From NCBI GenBank assembly GCA_022813865.1, contig JALDZX010000028.1, forward strand, positions 186,001 to 250,000: a stretch of 64,000 bases of DNA, read 5' to 3'. The notes under the pieces were generated by a model. It ran no database searches. It saw nothing but the letters and a program-made list of their open reading frames with translations, and was not told where the DNA came from. Below are positions 62,401 through 64,000 of the stretch, one piece after another (position 1 is the first letter of the stretch; each line of letters opens with the position of its first letter). Made by a program: the position numbers and the translations under genes. The stretch comes from Xylographa opegraphella (lineage: Eukaryota).

Positions 62401-64000
62401 CAGACTCATCTAGCCATGGACATATTGGAGTTCCTGGCGGGATTAGCGAGACTTCCGGACGTCTATGTCAGACTGAGAGAAGATGAGCTTAGAACTGTCT
62501 TTGCTATCTGTGTTCGTTACCTGGAACACTCCCGAGATCAACGAACCAAGCAACGAGCGGGGACTGGTATCGATTCAGCACAAGCATTCAACCGTTCTAG
62601 TGGTGTTTCCGGGAATTCGGGGGCTGCATCTGAGTCGAGCAACATTTTCGAAGTGGAGAGGGACCTCCCTCAGTATATCTTTGCGCTTGCGTACCATGTC
62701 CTCACCATCTGGTTCCTCTCGATACGATTGGTGGATCGGCCGAAGCATGTTGGGTGGATCACCACCAATCTTGCTTCCAGGGATGATCAGGGTAACAATG
62801 TCCTTGAAGAGCAGAGTCAGGTCACCCTTGACATGATGCATCGCACAGCTTATCTCGACCTCGGAGAAACAATTCCCAGCAAGGAATTTTCAAAATTGGA
62901 GGGCCCGGTTTTCAAGAAATCCTGGCTATTGGGCCTGAGTATCGTCACCGTAGAGACTGCATCAGGCAATGGTCTGACTCACCTTGTCAAGAGGCAGGCA
63001 TCCGGGACTACATACGCGATATATCTCCAAAACACTGCACGTTTACCTCCACACCACGTTCGTGGTCCCACCGATGTCAACACCTTGCTTCCTGGGGCGC
63101 AGTCGCATGTCAACGTCTTCCCAAACCATGTTTTCCTCCAGCTTACATCTACTATTGCTCCAACACCTTCGCCGATGGAGCCAATCTGTCTGCCAGACGA
63201 CGAAGCCACACGGCGTGCTATAGCAACATTTGATCGTAATGATACTGTTGATGGCTTCAAGGTCGGCGTGATATATGTAGGAGCCTATCAGACCGAGGAA
63301 GCTGAGATACTTGCGAATTCGGAACACTCTGAAGCTTTTGAACAGTTGCTTGCAGGTTTAGGGACGAAGGTCGAATTGAAAGGCGCTATTTTCAATACCC
63401 AAGGATTAGATAAAGCGGACGGTACGGATGGGACACATACCTATGCTTGGCGCGACCGTATCACGGAGATCGTCTTCCACGTGCCGTCGATGATGCCGAC
63501 TAACAAGGAGAGCGATCCAGCATGCGTGAAAAAGAAAAGCCACATTGGTAACGATTTTGTGAATGTCATCTTCAATGATTCAGGCATGCCATTCAAGTTC
63601 GATACCTTCCCATCTCAGTTCAACTACGTCAATATCATCATCACGCCGGAGTTCCCACTTGGACGAAAGAACCCGGGGGCGGCATCACTCGCTGTCGAAG
63701 AGCAGATACGCCTACAGAAACAGATCTTCTTCACCATCCAGACCCAGTCACATCCATCGTTCCCCGACCTCTCACCCGCCGCGTCTTACAAGCTCCTCCC
63801 ACTCCAGCACGCAGCTGGTTTAGTGCGCCAGATTGCTCTCAACGCGTCTGTGTTCAGCAATGTATGGGCCAACCGCGAAGGTGGCGAACATATCTCAAGC
63901 TGGCGGAATCGACTGCGTGAAATCAAGAAGCTTCGAGCACGCTTTGCGAATAGTGGCACGAGCGTGAGTGAACGGTATCCTGGCGCCAAAGGCACCAAGA
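59461..64000 (+). CDS. TSC2: Tuberin (TSC2) Rheb-GAP, 3'-truncated by the window edge
   Basis: One frame from ATG 59461 reads DWEIYSYVLVHLPSQL, LPQYIFALAYH, SWLLGLSIVTVET..RQASGT, KVGVIYV, FHVPSMMPT, KKSHIGNDFVNVIFNDSG (Rap-GAP Asn thumb). Absent from the ORF track, consistent with no stop inside the window. Confidence 0.95.
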   Translation, partial: MPELNPTDTEASNTSAYMNRSEATDHPPSPDDAAGSPSLQERIRSISLAQSSSSEPTSANRDNKQREVDLKVVRHALELLNKTQSLQNRKTGAEYVRTNISAFSLDALGAVWAATEDVFKEDSPLAMRQLGFALIDTSQLQTGLGLAERMKLFRMIIVPIEPIGREMQVQALMRITNQGRDLEPFARSLVVYLSTQLGQIHEASIEARRRLKADRADAHTKAYATAMRKALFSLFSLIEGVFRSHPDVIDGLELNVIVHDVLKLVQMTSSERDMKGALSIIQAVTQVSHIPGDSLRLCLEVLGAIFVTIDDFRDVAFACVQNLLWSEDQPNVYSRLIDTALSATQGTESVSVKGAMAIIIKLIRVDEDNHLPMIPVAQLYDTLFDRTRISDEAEFRRNWLCLMGQLLVIPEFIVHILSLEAWSTIVEETMDAIYSDDRENQSGLTALHPSEPIHVLTPFQLETPVLYRLTAATKENLNHIVCAFGDVWPQMAKEGKWKVFQLFYFLRHILSVESQRLLVTCMIELDMLRPNGGCWDDCLSQLGTKFILAPNADMTTRSLVLKSLRYALSLLDSNDDKSRYRAVVMPMLDKVAWHREDDLHFINNIADLAATYALIADSRDFDHLLQLLYLMSSVVSKIHVDSPRLYENEDEEVRNMVAVALVRLFLQCLTTSAARTSSVYAALIEVVRSRWFAPCIRLPALRLFARLRCDIDHAIYVTPDADSLGLAAAVARTEASKVRLSVYQNQGDRSILSDDQSGSRVGRSSAINQSGVTGSRASTQSAGRRDIEARVNPPQWLYPGLPGLPQEPPENPSLLVKQYTPGGPKDTTIRLSEWLAEVISMFQTPDDWEIYSYVLVHLPSQLSNPALFLTAGPHIHLLRNIVVSQLMGGTLRTPPATTGVKKGDVAFCLYNTLVMLLGYYERFSHSEQDDMVRAILDGISSWDRVAKVCIQALGICCHVIPMAIAKSLGPILQKLSQMITQTHLAMDILEFLAGLARLPDVYVRLREDELRTVFAICVRYLEHSRDQRTKQRAGTGIDSAQAFNRSSGVSGNSGAASESSNIFEVERDLPQYIFALAYHVLTIWFLSIRLVDRPKHVGWITTNLASRDDQGNNVLEEQSQVTLDMMHRTAYLDLGETIPSKEFSKLEGPVFKKSWLLGLSIVTVETASGNGLTHLVKRQASGTTYAIYLQNTARLPPHHVRGPTDVNTLLPGAQSHVNVFPNHVFLQLTSTIAPTPSPMEPICLPDDEATRRAIATFDRNDTVDGFKVGVIYVGAYQTEEAEILANSEHSEAFEQLLAGLGTKVELKGAIFNTQGLDKADGTDGTHTYAWRDRITEIVFHVPSMMPTNKESDPACVKKKSHIGNDFVNVIFNDSGMPFKFDTFPSQFNYVNIIITPEFPLGRKNPGAASLAVEEQIRLQKQIFFTIQTQSHPSFPDLSPAASYKLLPLQHAAGLVRQIALNASVFSNVWANREGGEHISSWRNRLREIKKLRARFANSGTSVSERYPGAKGTK

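Overview
Gene-dense, intron-containing eukaryotic DNA from a filamentous ascomycete (Pezizomycotina-type genes, ~50-60 nt GT/GC-AG introns with CTRAC/CTRAY branch points; a lichen-forming lineage is only my guess). About 27 protein-coding genes, mostly conserved housekeeping: DUF1349 (partial), CYC2, CENP-A/Cse4, cohesin loader Scc4/Ssl3, PTH11-like receptor, sulfotransferase-like protein, EHT1-like hydrolase, LOC1, a GH3 homolog, CENP-I/Mis6, SPT small subunit, LAT permease, MTQ1, a small mitochondrial protein, BET5, eIF6, SWI5, an MDR1 ABC transporter, RPL39, SKP1, SMP3, RAD23, a membrane protein, a phytase-like secreted protein, a hypothetical protein, CSE1 and TSC2 (partial). No rRNA, tRNA, CRISPR or intact transposon was recognised. 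Most notable: (1) a full-length GH3 N-acetylglucosaminidase-like gene lacking every catalytic motif, whose best gene model needs a GG splice donor and a 513-nt intron; (2) about ten GC-rich islands where the + strand flips from C-rich to G-rich regardless of gene orientation, mostly at convergent 3' ends and once in non-coding DNA; (3) a hairpin-dense intergenic block at about 17.1-17.45 kb that may be an ncRNA; (4) a 16-nt Illumina adapter match. Gene models and translations were made by eye and no database searches were run.
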